IMG/VR virus record: IMGVR_UViG_3300033067_001335
Span: 1-46,229 of that record
Length of the DNA: 46,229 nucleotides
Reading direction: 5' to 3' (one strand)
Source of the DNA: a virus
Taxonomy: Duplodnaviria > Caudoviricetes
Below the pieces are notes generated by a model, which saw nothing but the letters and a program-made list of their open reading frames with translations, ran no database searches and had not been told where the DNA came from. Positions 33,297-43,041 of the stretch are shown one piece after another (the stretch's first letter is position 1; each line of letters opens with the position of its first letter). The translations under genes and the position numbers were made by a program.

Positions 33297-33587
33297 CTAT
33301 TCAGCAAACAGTCGCTTAATCCAGTCAGGCTCAGCGCCTTCGTCAAATTCAAGTATTACCGTGTTCTTGCCACAAGTGAGGGTGTAGCCTTTGACCGACT
33401 TAACAACCTTTGCGATTTTGACAACCACCCCATCAGTTGCAACCCGCTTCATTGTGGCTTGAACGGCTTCGCCCATTGGGAAGTCCAACTGAAGGTCATA
33501 TACATCCTTAAGTCGCTCGCCTGTCTCAAGATCAATGATTTTGGTTTGATGACTTATTCCGGTTTCACTTTCAACACTTATTCTCAC
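33297..33587 (-). CDS. Hypothetical protein
   Basis: AGGAGG RBS, GTGA overlap with portal stop. Confidence 0.7.
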   Translation of the reverse strand: MRISVESETGISHQTKIIDLETGERLKDVYDLQLDFPMGEAVQATMKRVATDGVVVKIAKVVKSVKGYTLTCGKNTVILEFDEGAEPDWIKRLFAE

Positions 33588-35164
33588 GCTCCCCTCCTAT
33601 TAATCTGCGCCCCCGCGTTCAACAACTCTTGGCGCGACTGATAATCCTTCGAAGCCTCAACCTCGCTAATCCGCGCCTGATCCCACCCCTGCCACTTCAA
33701 CCACAGCGGCAATGAAACACCGTTGCGGATTGCCGCTGCAGCGGCATCCCAAAATAGCTTCTCTTCCTCGAGCGCGTCGACCTGATCCACCTCAAACACA
33801 GGTCGCTCGCCAATGGTGTGCTCCAAATCGCCCTTGGCATAGCTCTCAAGGGCAAAGCCTTCATATCCCTCATAGCCGCGAAAGCCGCCAATCGAGATGG
33901 CCATCTTCTGCGCACGCACGAGCGCATCGTCATAGTTGGCGCGTGATTCCACGACCTTGGTGGTCGAGTCCTGCCTGGCAAGGCGCAACGCTCGTGCGGC
34001 CACGTCGCCGCCGGCAGCGAACACATCGGCGCGCAGTTCCGGGTATTCGCGCTCAATCTCATCGAGTAACGCTTGGATGTGCGTCACGGTGGCCGCAATG
34101 TCGAGCGGGGCCACCAGTGGCACCGCCTTGGCGTTGGGGTCGTTGGAGTAAAGCGTGGGCACGCTCTCGCGTCCAGCTTCGGGTTTCTTCACTTGCTCGG
34201 TCGGCGTCGTCGGCACCGTCGCCTTGGTCTGGACGCTGGCATTGGGATTGGTCACACCAGCCAACAGCCATGGCGCATCGACCATCTTACGCACTTGGTC
34301 ACTGAGCTTCGAGGCGATGTCGTCGGCCTCACGGAATTTGCTCAGGTTTGGATACGCCGCGCTCCAGCCCCAGTCTTGGCCAACGTTGTCATGCTGGGCC
34401 ATCACCAGTGGCACAAAGCCATATGGCACGGTCCATTCGGCCTGCTCACCGTCCCATGGGTAAGGCTTGCCGTTGAGCAGCGTGGTGTATTTGACATTAC
34501 CCCCATCGCGCACGGCAATCTCGCCATAGCGCACATCATTGTCGGCCTGCCCTTCGCGCTCGGGCCGCTCCGGGTTATCGCGCCACTCTTCGAGCTCGTA
34601 GCCCTTGACGTTACCGAATTCATCGAGCGTCAGCGACTTGATGATGTCAGGGTGCAGCACTTTGAGGTAAACCCGCTCGCGCACTGGGTCATCGATCACC
34701 TGCAAGCCCACATCACCCAGCACCGGGCCGTGCAGGGTGAAAATGCTCTTGTTGACTTGCCATGCACTTGCTCGCCACAATGCGGCGATAGCAGTGCGAA
34801 TTGTTTCGCTGTCGGTCACAATCGGCAACGCACTCGGCACGGCCTTCCCATCTCCTGCCGCTGGGTCCAGCTTGCCGCCCATGAGGCGCGTGCGGTAGAA
34901 CTTGCCCAGTCGGTGGGATGGGTTGTAAATGCTGCGTGTATAGCGATAGAGGCCGTACTGCGCCTTGTAGGCCTGCGACCATGAGTGGATGTTGCGGTAG
35001 GCCGTGTTCTCAAAATACGCCTGCAAAATCGCGTAGCGCGATCGTCGCCCATCCCACGATTCAAAATCCTCACCCTCGCGCGCATTGGTCGCAAGGTAGC
35101 CCTCGCGAAATCCGCGCACACCGCTGGATATTCCTGCCATAAGTCTGCTCCAAAACGTTGCCAT
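33584..35164 (-). CDS. Portal protein
   Basis: 526 aa directly after terL; PYGFVPLV, YPEL, ARALRL motifs (SPP1 gp6-like). Confidence 0.88.
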   Translation of the reverse strand: MATFWSRLMAGISSGVRGFREGYLATNAREGEDFESWDGRRSRYAILQAYFENTAYRNIHSWSQAYKAQYGLYRYTRSIYNPSHRLGKFYRTRLMGGKLDPAAGDGKAVPSALPIVTDSETIRTAIAALWRASAWQVNKSIFTLHGPVLGDVGLQVIDDPVRERVYLKVLHPDIIKSLTLDEFGNVKGYELEEWRDNPERPEREGQADNDVRYGEIAVRDGGNVKYTTLLNGKPYPWDGEQAEWTVPYGFVPLVMAQHDNVGQDWGWSAAYPNLSKFREADDIASKLSDQVRKMVDAPWLLAGVTNPNASVQTKATVPTTPTEQVKKPEAGRESVPTLYSNDPNAKAVPLVAPLDIAATVTHIQALLDEIEREYPELRADVFAAGGDVAARALRLARQDSTTKVVESRANYDDALVRAQKMAISIGGFRGYEGYEGFALESYAKGDLEHTIGERPVFEVDQVDALEEEKLFWDAAAAAIRNGVSLPLWLKWQGWDQARISEVEASKDYQSRQELLNAGAQINRRGA

Positions 35165-35188
35165 GTTTGTATTGCTCAGCGCCTGCCG

Positions 35189-36628
35189 TTATCCACGGTA
35201 ACCACTGAGTGGGTTGTAGCCATAACCATCGCCGCGCCCGCCGTCGATGTGTTTGACGAGATAGCGCATCGAGTCCATGCCGTGGTCGTATTCCTTCACC
35301 GGCACCTCTTTGACTGCCTTGCCATCGCTGGCCTTGGGCCACACATACACATCCATCTCGTGCTCAGTGCAGGAGGGCTTGCGCGCCTCGATCAACTCAG
35401 GATCCGCCTCGACGAGTGCGTCGCGCAAGAAGAAAAGGCGAGCCTTGCCATCGCCTTGGGTCTTCAGCCGATCCGCCACGCCCTGAATGCCCGTGCTGAT
35501 GTCTTTATCCGCGGGCGTGGTGTAGATGCCGTTCTCAGCCAGTGTGGCGCGATCCTCGGCATCATGATCTGCGATCGTGGCGACATAGCTCTCACCCATG
35601 CTCAGCGAGTTGATCAGCTGCGCATGGGTGGCCACCGTGCGCTTGGTCATGTAGATCTCGCGATAGCGATACAGTCGGCCATCATGATCTGCCGCCCACC
35701 ACTGACACACAAAGGGATTCACATAGCCAAAGTCGATGACGCGGTAGCGTGGCCAATCGCCGGGGATCTCGAAGCGATCAATGAGGTGCACCGCTGCGTC
35801 GTAACCCTCATACACCGTGCCCTCGGCCTGCACCCATTTGCCGAAGCGCAGCCGCTGCAGGCGCACGCCGGTGAGGTTGCCGAGCTTCTCTAATGTGCGC
35901 TTGCCCTGCTCGGTAATGGTGCCGTCCTTGAGAAAGAGCGATGGATTGTCTTCGTGGCGTGATTCGAAGAACGCAAGCTTCTTCTCGTTGCGCCGCTGCA
36001 ATATCCAGTGCGTCGGCGGGCCGGGGTTGCAATCGCCCCACAACTGCGGATAGGGCACGTTGCCGGCGCGCCCAGTGGTGCGTGTGCTCAGTGTCTCCCA
36101 GTCCTCGAGCTCAAGCTCTTCGCACTGGTTGACGTAGACGCCATCCAACTCTTGGCTCAGCACCTTGCTTGGGTTGTCCATGCCGCCCACCCAAATGCGC
36201 GAACCATTGGGATAGTCAAACCATTGGGGCCGCTCGCCGCCGTAAGGCTCGACATCAAAGCCTGCCAGCGTCAGCACCTTGCGCTTAAACGATTGCACCA
36301 CCGATGCCACAGTCGACGCATAGGTCTTGCGCATGATGGCCCACTGTGAGTTTGGGAATTGGGTTGCCAAGTTGTGCAGCTTGACCAGTGAGCCGATGGT
36401 TTTGCCGGTCTCGGCTGGGCCGCTCAACATGGCCTCGCCGGCGGTGCTGGCGAGGAGCTGCGAGGACCCGCCGCGAAAGTCCAATTCGATCAGCGGCAGA
36501 CCCTTGGCGCGCATGCGCTCGCGCGCGGCATCAAGGACCTCGGCCATGAGCTGATTGATCTCGCTCTGGCTGAGGAGTTTGGCGAGTGCACCGAGTGGCG
36601 CGGATGATGCCGGTCTGGTTTGCAGCAT
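35189..36628 (-). CDS. terL: Terminase large subunit (PBSX/SPP1-like)
   Basis: GPAETGKT Walker A, DCNP, DNP, G.W...EG.VY, IDFGYVNP, DHGMDSMRY. Confidence 0.95.
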   Translation of the reverse strand: MLQTRPASSAPLGALAKLLSQSEINQLMAEVLDAARERMRAKGLPLIELDFRGGSSQLLASTAGEAMLSGPAETGKTIGSLVKLHNLATQFPNSQWAIMRKTYASTVASVVQSFKRKVLTLAGFDVEPYGGERPQWFDYPNGSRIWVGGMDNPSKVLSQELDGVYVNQCEELELEDWETLSTRTTGRAGNVPYPQLWGDCNPGPPTHWILQRRNEKKLAFFESRHEDNPSLFLKDGTITEQGKRTLEKLGNLTGVRLQRLRFGKWVQAEGTVYEGYDAAVHLIDRFEIPGDWPRYRVIDFGYVNPFVCQWWAADHDGRLYRYREIYMTKRTVATHAQLINSLSMGESYVATIADHDAEDRATLAENGIYTTPADKDISTGIQGVADRLKTQGDGKARLFFLRDALVEADPELIEARKPSCTEHEMDVYVWPKASDGKAVKEVPVKEYDHGMDSMRYLVKHIDGGRGDGYGYNPLSGYRG

Positions 36629-36631
36629 GTT

Positions 36632-36943
36632 CTAGAAGTTTGACGGCGCAACCTCAAACTGCCCTTCTGCCGCGCCTTCGCCTGTGCCGGTAGATTCGAA
36701 GCGATACAAAAACACACCGGCAAGCGTCGGCTTGTAATCCACGTGAAACGTGCCAAGGCCATCGCGCACCAGTTGTGGATTGGTGAGATACACATACGTT
36801 ACCAATGGCCCATCGGGCGCAATGAGCCTGAAAGTCAATGCCGATGGGTCAATCAACGCGGCCAAATCACTCTTGACCGTAAGCGTCATTCTCACCACGT
36901 CGCCCATTGTGTAGAGCGTTGCTGTATTACAGGTGCAGGCCAT
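36632..36943 (-). CDS. Small Ig-like beta-sandwich protein
   Basis: AAGGAG RBS, TAATG coupling; GD.V, DP, PDG, G.FHVDY...G...YRF. Confidence 0.7.
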   Translation of the reverse strand: MACTCNTATLYTMGDVVRMTLTVKSDLAALIDPSALTFRLIAPDGPLVTYVYLTNPQLVRDGLGTFHVDYKPTLAGVFLYRFESTGTGEGAAEGQFEVAPSNF

Positions 36944-38379
36944 TAGTCGCACTCCTTGATCTCTGTATTGGTTGACAGCGAATTGAGTCGCTGATTGGTT
37001 GCTGATAGGGTTGTTGCTGCATGATCGCTGGCGCTCAGCGTTGTAGTCGCATGGTCCGCCGCACACAGCGTGTATCGCACAATGGCGCGCTCGGTGGTCT
37101 TGCTCGCACTCTCGGCCATGCTCATGCCATCACCGATGACGATGAGCACAGAAAGCTGTGGCAACTCACCAGCGCCAATCGCCTCGCCCGTATTGCCCGA
37201 TATGGGCATGAGTGCAGGCTTATCCGAAACCGTGATGGCCTCGCCGGATGTAATCGGCCTAAAGTAGGCCGCCGCATCAGCCACGCTCGCGCCATCTTTG
37301 ACAACGATGTTGACGACCAGCTGCACTGGATCGACGATGAGCGCAGGCTCGGTGGCTTGGATCTGAGCAGCGAGCGCAGTGCGATCTGAGCCAGTCCCCC
37401 CATCCGCACCATTCGGGTTATTGGTCTGAGTGGCGGTTGCGGCCTCGGCAAGTTGGCCCACGTCTTTGGCCACGAGCTGCACCGCGAGATCGGGCTTATC
37501 GCCACCGCTAACCGCTTCGGCGGCAGTCAAGAGTGCGGCCAGCGCTGTGCCATCTGACCCGGTGCTGCTATCCGTGCCTTGTTGTGGCGTGAAATTTGTG
37601 GTGGCGGTGCTCTCGGCAAGCGTGCCACTGTCTTTGGCCACCACCTGCACCGCCAAATCGGTTTTGTCACTGCCCCCAATCGCATCGCCGCCCTGCAGTT
37701 GCGCTGCAAGGGCCGTGTTCTCTGCGCCAGTGCTCCCGTCGACGTTGCTCGGGTTGTTGACTTGGGCTAGGTTCGACCCTTCTGCGAATGCCCCAGTTTC
37801 CTTGGCCACAAGCTGGGCCGACACCTCAGCGCGATCACCACCGGTGCCGGTATCGCTACCCTGCAACTGGGCGGCCACCTCGCCTCGTTCGCCCTCAGTG
37901 GCGGAATCGCTTAGAGTGTCCAGCGCAGTCAGCGCCATGCCGTCCGAACCACTGCCGCCATCGCCGCTCTGTTGCGGGGTGAAATTGGATGCAGCTGTGC
38001 TCTCGGTGAGTTGGCTCACATCCTTGGCCACGAGTTGCACTGCGAGATCGGTTCGCTCACCCTCAGCTACGGCATCGCTTGACACGACGTTGGCCGCGAG
38101 CGCAGCACCATCTGAACCACTGCCACTGTCGCCACTTGGCCCGTATTGCTGCGTGAGCGTACTGGCCTCACTGAGTTGGACCGCATCATTGTCTACTACC
38201 TGCGCCGACAGGCTGGCTGACTCGCTCCCGGCGAGGGCTTCGGCGGGGATGATGACCGCCGCGAGATCGGTCGCCTCGGTCGTGACTGTCACATCGGCGG
38301 CCTGCGTGTTGGTGGTCGATACGGCAAACTCTTCCGATGACCACGGCAGCACGCCAAACGGATCGAGGCCCGCAATCAT
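36943..38379 (-). CDS. Acidic repetitive (about 18-aa period) fibre-like protein
   Basis: Recurring D-x5-D/E units and DLAVQLVAKD higher-order repeats. Confidence 0.8.
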   Translation of the reverse strand: MIAGLDPFGVLPWSSEEFAVSTTNTQAADVTVTTEATDLAAVIIPAEALAGSESASLSAQVVDNDAVQLSEASTLTQQYGPSGDSGSGSDGAALAANVVSSDAVAEGERTDLAVQLVAKDVSQLTESTAASNFTPQQSGDGGSGSDGMALTALDTLSDSATEGERGEVAAQLQGSDTGTGGDRAEVSAQLVAKETGAFAEGSNLAQVNNPSNVDGSTGAENTALAAQLQGGDAIGGSDKTDLAVQVVAKDSGTLAESTATTNFTPQQGTDSSTGSDGTALAALLTAAEAVSGGDKPDLAVQLVAKDVGQLAEAATATQTNNPNGADGGTGSDRTALAAQIQATEPALIVDPVQLVVNIVVKDGASVADAAAYFRPITSGEAITVSDKPALMPISGNTGEAIGAGELPQLSVLIVIGDGMSMAESASKTTERAIVRYTLCAADHATTTLSASDHAATTLSATNQRLNSLSTNTEIKECD

Positions 38380-39689
38380 AGACTCACCTGACAGGTGCCG
38401 CCTGCCCCGCCGGTCTGACCGCTTCCAAGAGACCCGGCGCTCCCAACCGTTTCGCTTGTAGTGTTATTCCCTAAATCCATGATAGTCACATAGCCGCCCG
38501 CGCCACCGCGCCCACCACTCCCAGTCACGCCAGTGCCTGATTTCGCACCGCCATTGCCACCAGTTGCGCCATTGGCGGCGAGCGCATTTGTGGCGGTTAC
38601 GCCGACAAGGAACAAATACGCGAGATAGACCCAGCCCCCGCCGCCTGCCCCACCGCCACCGCCGCCGCCCGTATTCCCTGCCACACCCGCGCCACCATTT
38701 CCCCCCGTGCCACCGTTGGCCCGAATCGCGCCCACTGCCGTCGAGACACCTCGGTTGATGATGCGGGCCGCAATAAATAAATGCCCGCCACCGCCACCAC
38801 TAGAACCGCCGCCGCCGCCCGAATTCGTGCCGTCGCCTGCGGCAGACGAACCGCCACTTCCTGCCGTCGCGCCGCGCACCTGCGTGGCGCTTTTGATAAA
38901 AATATTCGCAAATTTGCGACGCGCGGGGTAAATGGTCGCCGCCCCGGCGGATGCACCGTTCCCGCCCGCGCCACTGCCCCCGCTCCCCCCCGCGCCCGAT
39001 GCGCCGCCGCCGCCACCTACGGCAGGGTCTATGGATGACGAAAACCCGCCTCCCGTGCCAATACCAGTCCCGCCACTAATCCCCGCAATTCCAGCGCCAC
39101 CACCGCCGACCGTGTTAATAAACGGCGATGTGGGCGCAGTGCCACCCGTTGCCCCTGATGCGTTGTTGCCCGCCGCACCGTCGAATGTGATTGCACCTGA
39201 TGAGTTAGAGGCCGCCGATAGATCGAGAATGCCATTAACAAAAACCTTGAAACCATTAACGGCGATCTTGCCTGTGCCGCTGATGGTCAGGTTGTTGTAA
39301 TACATGTCGCGGGTGAGCGATGTGGTGCCTGAGCTGATCGTCACATCGCCATCCGAGCCATCACCAAATAGAAACGACTCTTGCGCATCGAGTTGCGCGT
39401 CATTCATCACGAGCGCAACATTCTTTGTCCCAGCGGCAAAACTCACCAGCGCATTGCTGTTACTTGAATACAGCACCGCCACCCGCACCAGCGTTGTGGT
39501 CGCTGTGAGTTGTCCGATGCCCACCTCGTAATTGCCCGCGCCGTCATCAATCACATAGTCGAGATAGTCATTGACTGCGAGCAGCGATTGCAACGCCACG
39601 CGATTGGTCACCGCCCCGGCAAGCGTAATGTTGCCGGTGCCGGTCGTGGTGGTTGTCTCTTGGACGCGGGCGTATGAGAGATATGGCAT
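38376..39689 (-). CDS. Glycine-rich fibre-like structural protein, paralog 2
   Basis: RVQETTTTTGTG N-domain, FGDGSDG, GGxGG repeats. Confidence 0.85.
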   Translation of the reverse strand: MPYLSYARVQETTTTTGTGNITLAGAVTNRVALQSLLAVNDYLDYVIDDGAGNYEVGIGQLTATTTLVRVAVLYSSNSNALVSFAAGTKNVALVMNDAQLDAQESFLFGDGSDGDVTISSGTTSLTRDMYYNNLTISGTGKIAVNGFKVFVNGILDLSAASNSSGAITFDGAAGNNASGATGGTAPTSPFINTVGGGGAGIAGISGGTGIGTGGGFSSSIDPAVGGGGGASGAGGSGGSGAGGNGASAGAATIYPARRKFANIFIKSATQVRGATAGSGGSSAAGDGTNSGGGGGSSGGGGGHLFIAARIINRGVSTAVGAIRANGGTGGNGGAGVAGNTGGGGGGGAGGGGWVYLAYLFLVGVTATNALAANGATGGNGGAKSGTGVTGSGGRGGAGGYVTIMDLGNNTTSETVGSAGSLGSGQTGGAGGTCQVSL

Positions 39690-40396
39690 TAAATCATCAC
39701 CGTTGGGAAGAACTGAATACGATGGGCCATGAGTTGAGAAATAACCTGATCGGCTAGATTCGCGACACGTTGCGACCCTGCCTCAGTTAAATGAACCCCA
39801 TCCCGGAAGTAAGTCGTGTCCCACGCGGCATGATCCGCGCCCAGTATTTCATCCGCCCCAATATCAAACACCGCGTCGAACTCATTGGCGTGGTCGCGCA
39901 CCAATTGATTGAATCGGAGCCGCGCTGTCTCATGTCGCCCGTCATCTTCCACCCCAGCGTAAATGATTCGACGATTGATAATTGTTCCAAGGATTGTTGT
40001 CCAACCCGCCGCCTTACGCGCTACGCAATACTGACGATGTTGTTCAAATGTGATATCTGCGTCAAAGTTATTCCCGCCGAGTGAGTTTGTCCCTTCCCAG
40101 AACAAGCAGATGCCCATATCAGCCGTTGGGCGCAATGGATCAACATAGATCGGCGCTCGATTGTTTGCCTGCCCTACGCCATCGCCCGCCACAGCAACAT
40201 TCACGCCCAGCAGGTCATAGCTCTTTGCAACGCTGCCACGCATAAACAATGTTGTCCACGTTGGCGGCAACACTGCATTGTTCAACGCGCTTAGGCTATT
40301 GCCCTCAAACACAATCAGGCATCGCGGGGGATACCCTAGCGCCATTGCTGGCAATGCTGCGAAAGAGAGTTGCAAAAAGGCGCGACGGGTAATCAT
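39689..40396 (-). CDS. Tat-exported SGNH/GDSL hydrolase
   Basis: MITRRAFL signal; FEGNSLS, NVAVAG, EGTNS, DGVH; start 2 nt after upstream stop. Confidence 0.85.
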   Translation of the reverse strand: MITRRAFLQLSFAALPAMALGYPPRCLIVFEGNSLSALNNAVLPPTWTTLFMRGSVAKSYDLLGVNVAVAGDGVGQANNRAPIYVDPLRPTADMGICLFWEGTNSLGGNNFDADITFEQHRQYCVARKAAGWTTILGTIINRRIIYAGVEDDGRHETARLRFNQLVRDHANEFDAVFDIGADEILGADHAAWDTTYFRDGVHLTEAGSQRVANLADQVISQLMAHRIQFFPTVMI

Positions 40397-40398
40397 GG

Positions 40399-41682
40399 CT
40401 ATAACGACACGGAACACGCGCCACCCGTTCCACCTGTGCGCCCTGATGCGGCCCCGCCTGCGCTGCCGGTTGTATCTGTGACCGTGTTTGTGCCGAGGTT
40501 CAGCACGGTGATACGTCCACCCGTTCCGCCCACGCCACCTGTGCCATCCGTGCCAGTGCCAGTCTTTGTTCCAGCTGTGCCACCTGCCCCGCCCGTTGCA
40601 GCAATTGCATTGGTGGCGGTTGTGCCAATGAGGTGCTGATAGGCAAGAAACACCCAACCGCCACCGCCACCACCGCCAGCGCCACCACCGCCACGGTTGC
40701 CCGCCGCAGCATTTGCGCCGTTACCGCCCACGCCACCAATCGCTTGGATTGCGCCCGCAACAGTCGAGCCGCCACGGTTGATAATGCGGGCCGAAATAAA
40801 CACGACTCCACCGCCCCCGCCGCCGCCCCCGCCCGCAGCGCCTGCCGTACCGTCACCACCGCCGCCCGAACCACCGCCGCCCGATGCGCCGCCTTGAATG
40901 AGTGTTACGCCGCGAATGAGATCAGGTGAAAATCTGCGAATGGGGAGAGCGTTTGACACCGACCCGGCAGTAGATGCCGCTCCGCCCGCCCCGCTTGCGC
41001 CAGTACCGCCCGCACCGCCCGTAGCGCCATTACTCCCATTGCCGGGGTTTGCACCACCACCCGCGCCACCCTGTGTGCCTGTTGTCGCGCCACCCGCGCC
41101 ACCCGCGCCTGCGGCAGGCGCACCGCCGAGCGTAGCTGCCGCCAACGCCGCCGTTGTGACGTTCCCGCTGTTGCCCGTTCGCCCGATAGCGTTTGCGGGT
41201 GCAGCCGTGATGTCAATCTCCTCGCTGACAAACACCCTAAATCCAGCGGTTACAAGTGACCCCGTTCCTGAAATGGTCAGGTTCTTGTAATACATGTCAC
41301 GAGTGAGCGTGGTTGTACCTGACGAGATGGTTACGTCGCCGTCATTGCCATCCCCAAACAACACATTGGAGAGCGCGTTGTGAATCTGTGGCGTGGGCGA
41401 AATAAATACATCTTTCGTCCCCGCGCTAAATGTCACTGCCGCATTGCTGTTCGATGAGCCAAGCACCGCCGTTCGCGCCAGCGTGGTCGAGGCAGTCAGT
41501 TGCCCAATGCCATATTCCCACTCAGCCGCCGATTGGTGCTGGATGACGTAGTAGCAGTAGTCGTTGGTCGACAACTGCGAACTAAATACACGGAAACCCG
41601 TCTTGGCACCGGCCAGTGTGAGTGAGCCGGTGCCAGTGGTGGTTGAGGTTTCCGCTACGCGGCCAGCGTGAGCGAATGCCAT
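40399..41682 (-). CDS. Glycine-rich fibre-like structural protein, paralog 1
   Basis: RVAETSTTTGTG N-domain, FGDGNDG, GGxGG repeats. Confidence 0.85.
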   Translation of the reverse strand: MAFAHAGRVAETSTTTGTGSLTLAGAKTGFRVFSSQLSTNDYCYYVIQHQSAAEWEYGIGQLTASTTLARTAVLGSSNSNAAVTFSAGTKDVFISPTPQIHNALSNVLFGDGNDGDVTISSGTTTLTRDMYYKNLTISGTGSLVTAGFRVFVSEEIDITAAPANAIGRTGNSGNVTTAALAAATLGGAPAAGAGGAGGATTGTQGGAGGGANPGNGSNGATGGAGGTGASGAGGAASTAGSVSNALPIRRFSPDLIRGVTLIQGGASGGGGSGGGGDGTAGAAGGGGGGGGGVVFISARIINRGGSTVAGAIQAIGGVGGNGANAAAGNRGGGGAGGGGGGGWVFLAYQHLIGTTATNAIAATGGAGGTAGTKTGTGTDGTGGVGGTGGRITVLNLGTNTVTDTTGSAGGAASGRTGGTGGACSVSL

Positions 41683-41685
41683 GTG

Positions 41686-42036
41686 TTATTCCAAGCGGCC
41701 TAGCTTTGCGTCCTGCAGATTGGACCCTTCGATCTTGGTATAACGCATGTCGGCGTCGGTCATATCGGCACCTGTGAAATCAATGGCGCTGATATCTGCG
41801 CCAACGAGCGAGGCTCCGCGCAGATTGGCCCGGCGCATGTCGACGTATTTGAGATCCACGCCATCGAGCTTGGCCCCTTGCAGATTGGCATCGATGAGCA
41901 CGGCGGTCTTGAGATCGGCGTCTTGCAGGTTCACATCGTTGGCCAGTGCATCGCGAATGGCCTCAGCGATAGTCTCGGCAGTTTGTGAGGTGAAAATGGT
42001 TTTGCCGTTGTTGCGGTTCTTAATTTCAAATGACAT
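41686..42036 (-). CDS. Pentapeptide repeat protein
   Basis: A(D/N)Lxx repeats; AGGAG RBS. Confidence 0.92.
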   Translation of the reverse strand: MSFEIKNRNNGKTIFTSQTAETIAEAIRDALANDVNLQDADLKTAVLIDANLQGAKLDGVDLKYVDMRRANLRGASLVGADISAIDFTGADMTDADMRYTKIEGSNLQDAKLGRLE

Positions 42037-42093
42037 AGGTTGCTCCTATCGATAAATCAATGGACGAACAAATTACTCGGCGAGCTGCTCGGA

Positions 42094-42912
42094 TTAACTC
42101 AGTGTGAGCAACAACTTGAGCGTCCAGCTGCCAGCCGAGGTCTTTGTGCCGAACGAGGTCACCTTGCGGTTGATCATGCGGCCCACGCCGTTGGTGGCTG
42201 AGTTGAATAGCCCTGCCTCTTGCCATGCGAAGTTGGCTTCAGCGTTGGCAAACGTCGACTGATAAACGATGACGTTGTTTTTGGTCGAGATGCCACCGCT
42301 CGTATAAGCGCCGTTGCCGGTGCTGTTATTCAACGAATACGTGTTGGCGTCGATGACGGTGATGATCCACGTGCCGTTTGCGGCGGTATTGCCCACCACG
42401 CCGGTGATGTTCAGTGCATCGCCCGTGCTGTAGCCATGCGTGGTCGAGGTGACGGCAATCGGTGATGCATTCGTGGCCGCCGTGATGGTTTTGGATGCAG
42501 ACCCGTCGGTATGTAGGGGATAGGTAGCATCCATGCCTTTCCGCAGCTTATTGCTCGCCGCGGCAAGGTCGGTTTGTGTGGCGGCCTCGGCGGTCGTTGA
42601 GTCCCCCACACCCAACGCGGCTTGGGCGTTGTTGAGGTAGGTAAGGTTTTGACCGGCGGTCGCGGTACCGTTGCCAGCGGCAAACTCCCATAGCGTCGAC
42701 GCACCACCGAACAGCAAAAGATTGCCCTCGACACGCAGTGACTCATACGGATCTGGGGCAATGCACTTGTTGATCTTGTCCCATGTCCAATCGCCGCGCC
42801 GCTTCTCGACAATCCACTGGGGCATCCAAATGCCCTTCTCAACTTGGCCAAACCCGGCCCCAACCTGCGCCTGCGCGCCACGCTCAAAGAATTGTTCACT
42901 TAGTCCCGACAT
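42094..42912 (-). CDS. Structural protein with inserted FCCH-like beta-barrel
   Basis: AGGAG RBS before ATG 42912; EANFAWQEAGLFN, KTS...W; insert ITAATNASP...HGYSTGD...NG. Confidence 0.8.
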   Translation of the reverse strand: MSGLSEQFFERGAQAQVGAGFGQVEKGIWMPQWIVEKRRGDWTWDKINKCIAPDPYESLRVEGNLLLFGGASTLWEFAAGNGTATAGQNLTYLNNAQAALGVGDSTTAEAATQTDLAAASNKLRKGMDATYPLHTDGSASKTITAATNASPIAVTSTTHGYSTGDALNITGVVGNTAANGTWIITVIDANTYSLNNSTGNGAYTSGGISTKNNVIVYQSTFANAEANFAWQEAGLFNSATNGVGRMINRKVTSFGTKTSAGSWTLKLLLTLS

Positions 42913-42956
42913 TGCTGTATTGCTCCTATCCGGCGTGGCGTCGGTGACGCAACCGG

Positions 42957-43039
42957 AAAATAAAAAAGCGCGGACTACCAATCAGGTAGCCCGCGCGACT
43001 TTCATCACGTAGCTGTATTCAGTTGCGAGCGAGATTGTA
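42957..43039 (-). promoter_or_regulatory. Late promoter plus leader/attenuator, copy B
   Basis: TACAAT (43039-43034), CAACTGAATA, terminator GCGCGGGCTACC-tgatt-GGTAGTCCGCGC-TTTTTTATTTT. Confidence 0.75.
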
Positions 43040-43041
43040 AC

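Noticed and set aside
39689-40657. 322-aa ORF as called in the track
   Set aside because: The extension overlaps the upstream Gly-rich gene out of frame; ATG 40396 gives a clean Tat signal
38376-41682. Paralogous fibre genes as a DGR template/variable pair or invertible cassette
   Set aside because: No reverse transcriptase; differences are not adenine-specific; both copies are in the same orientation with no flanking inverted sites seen
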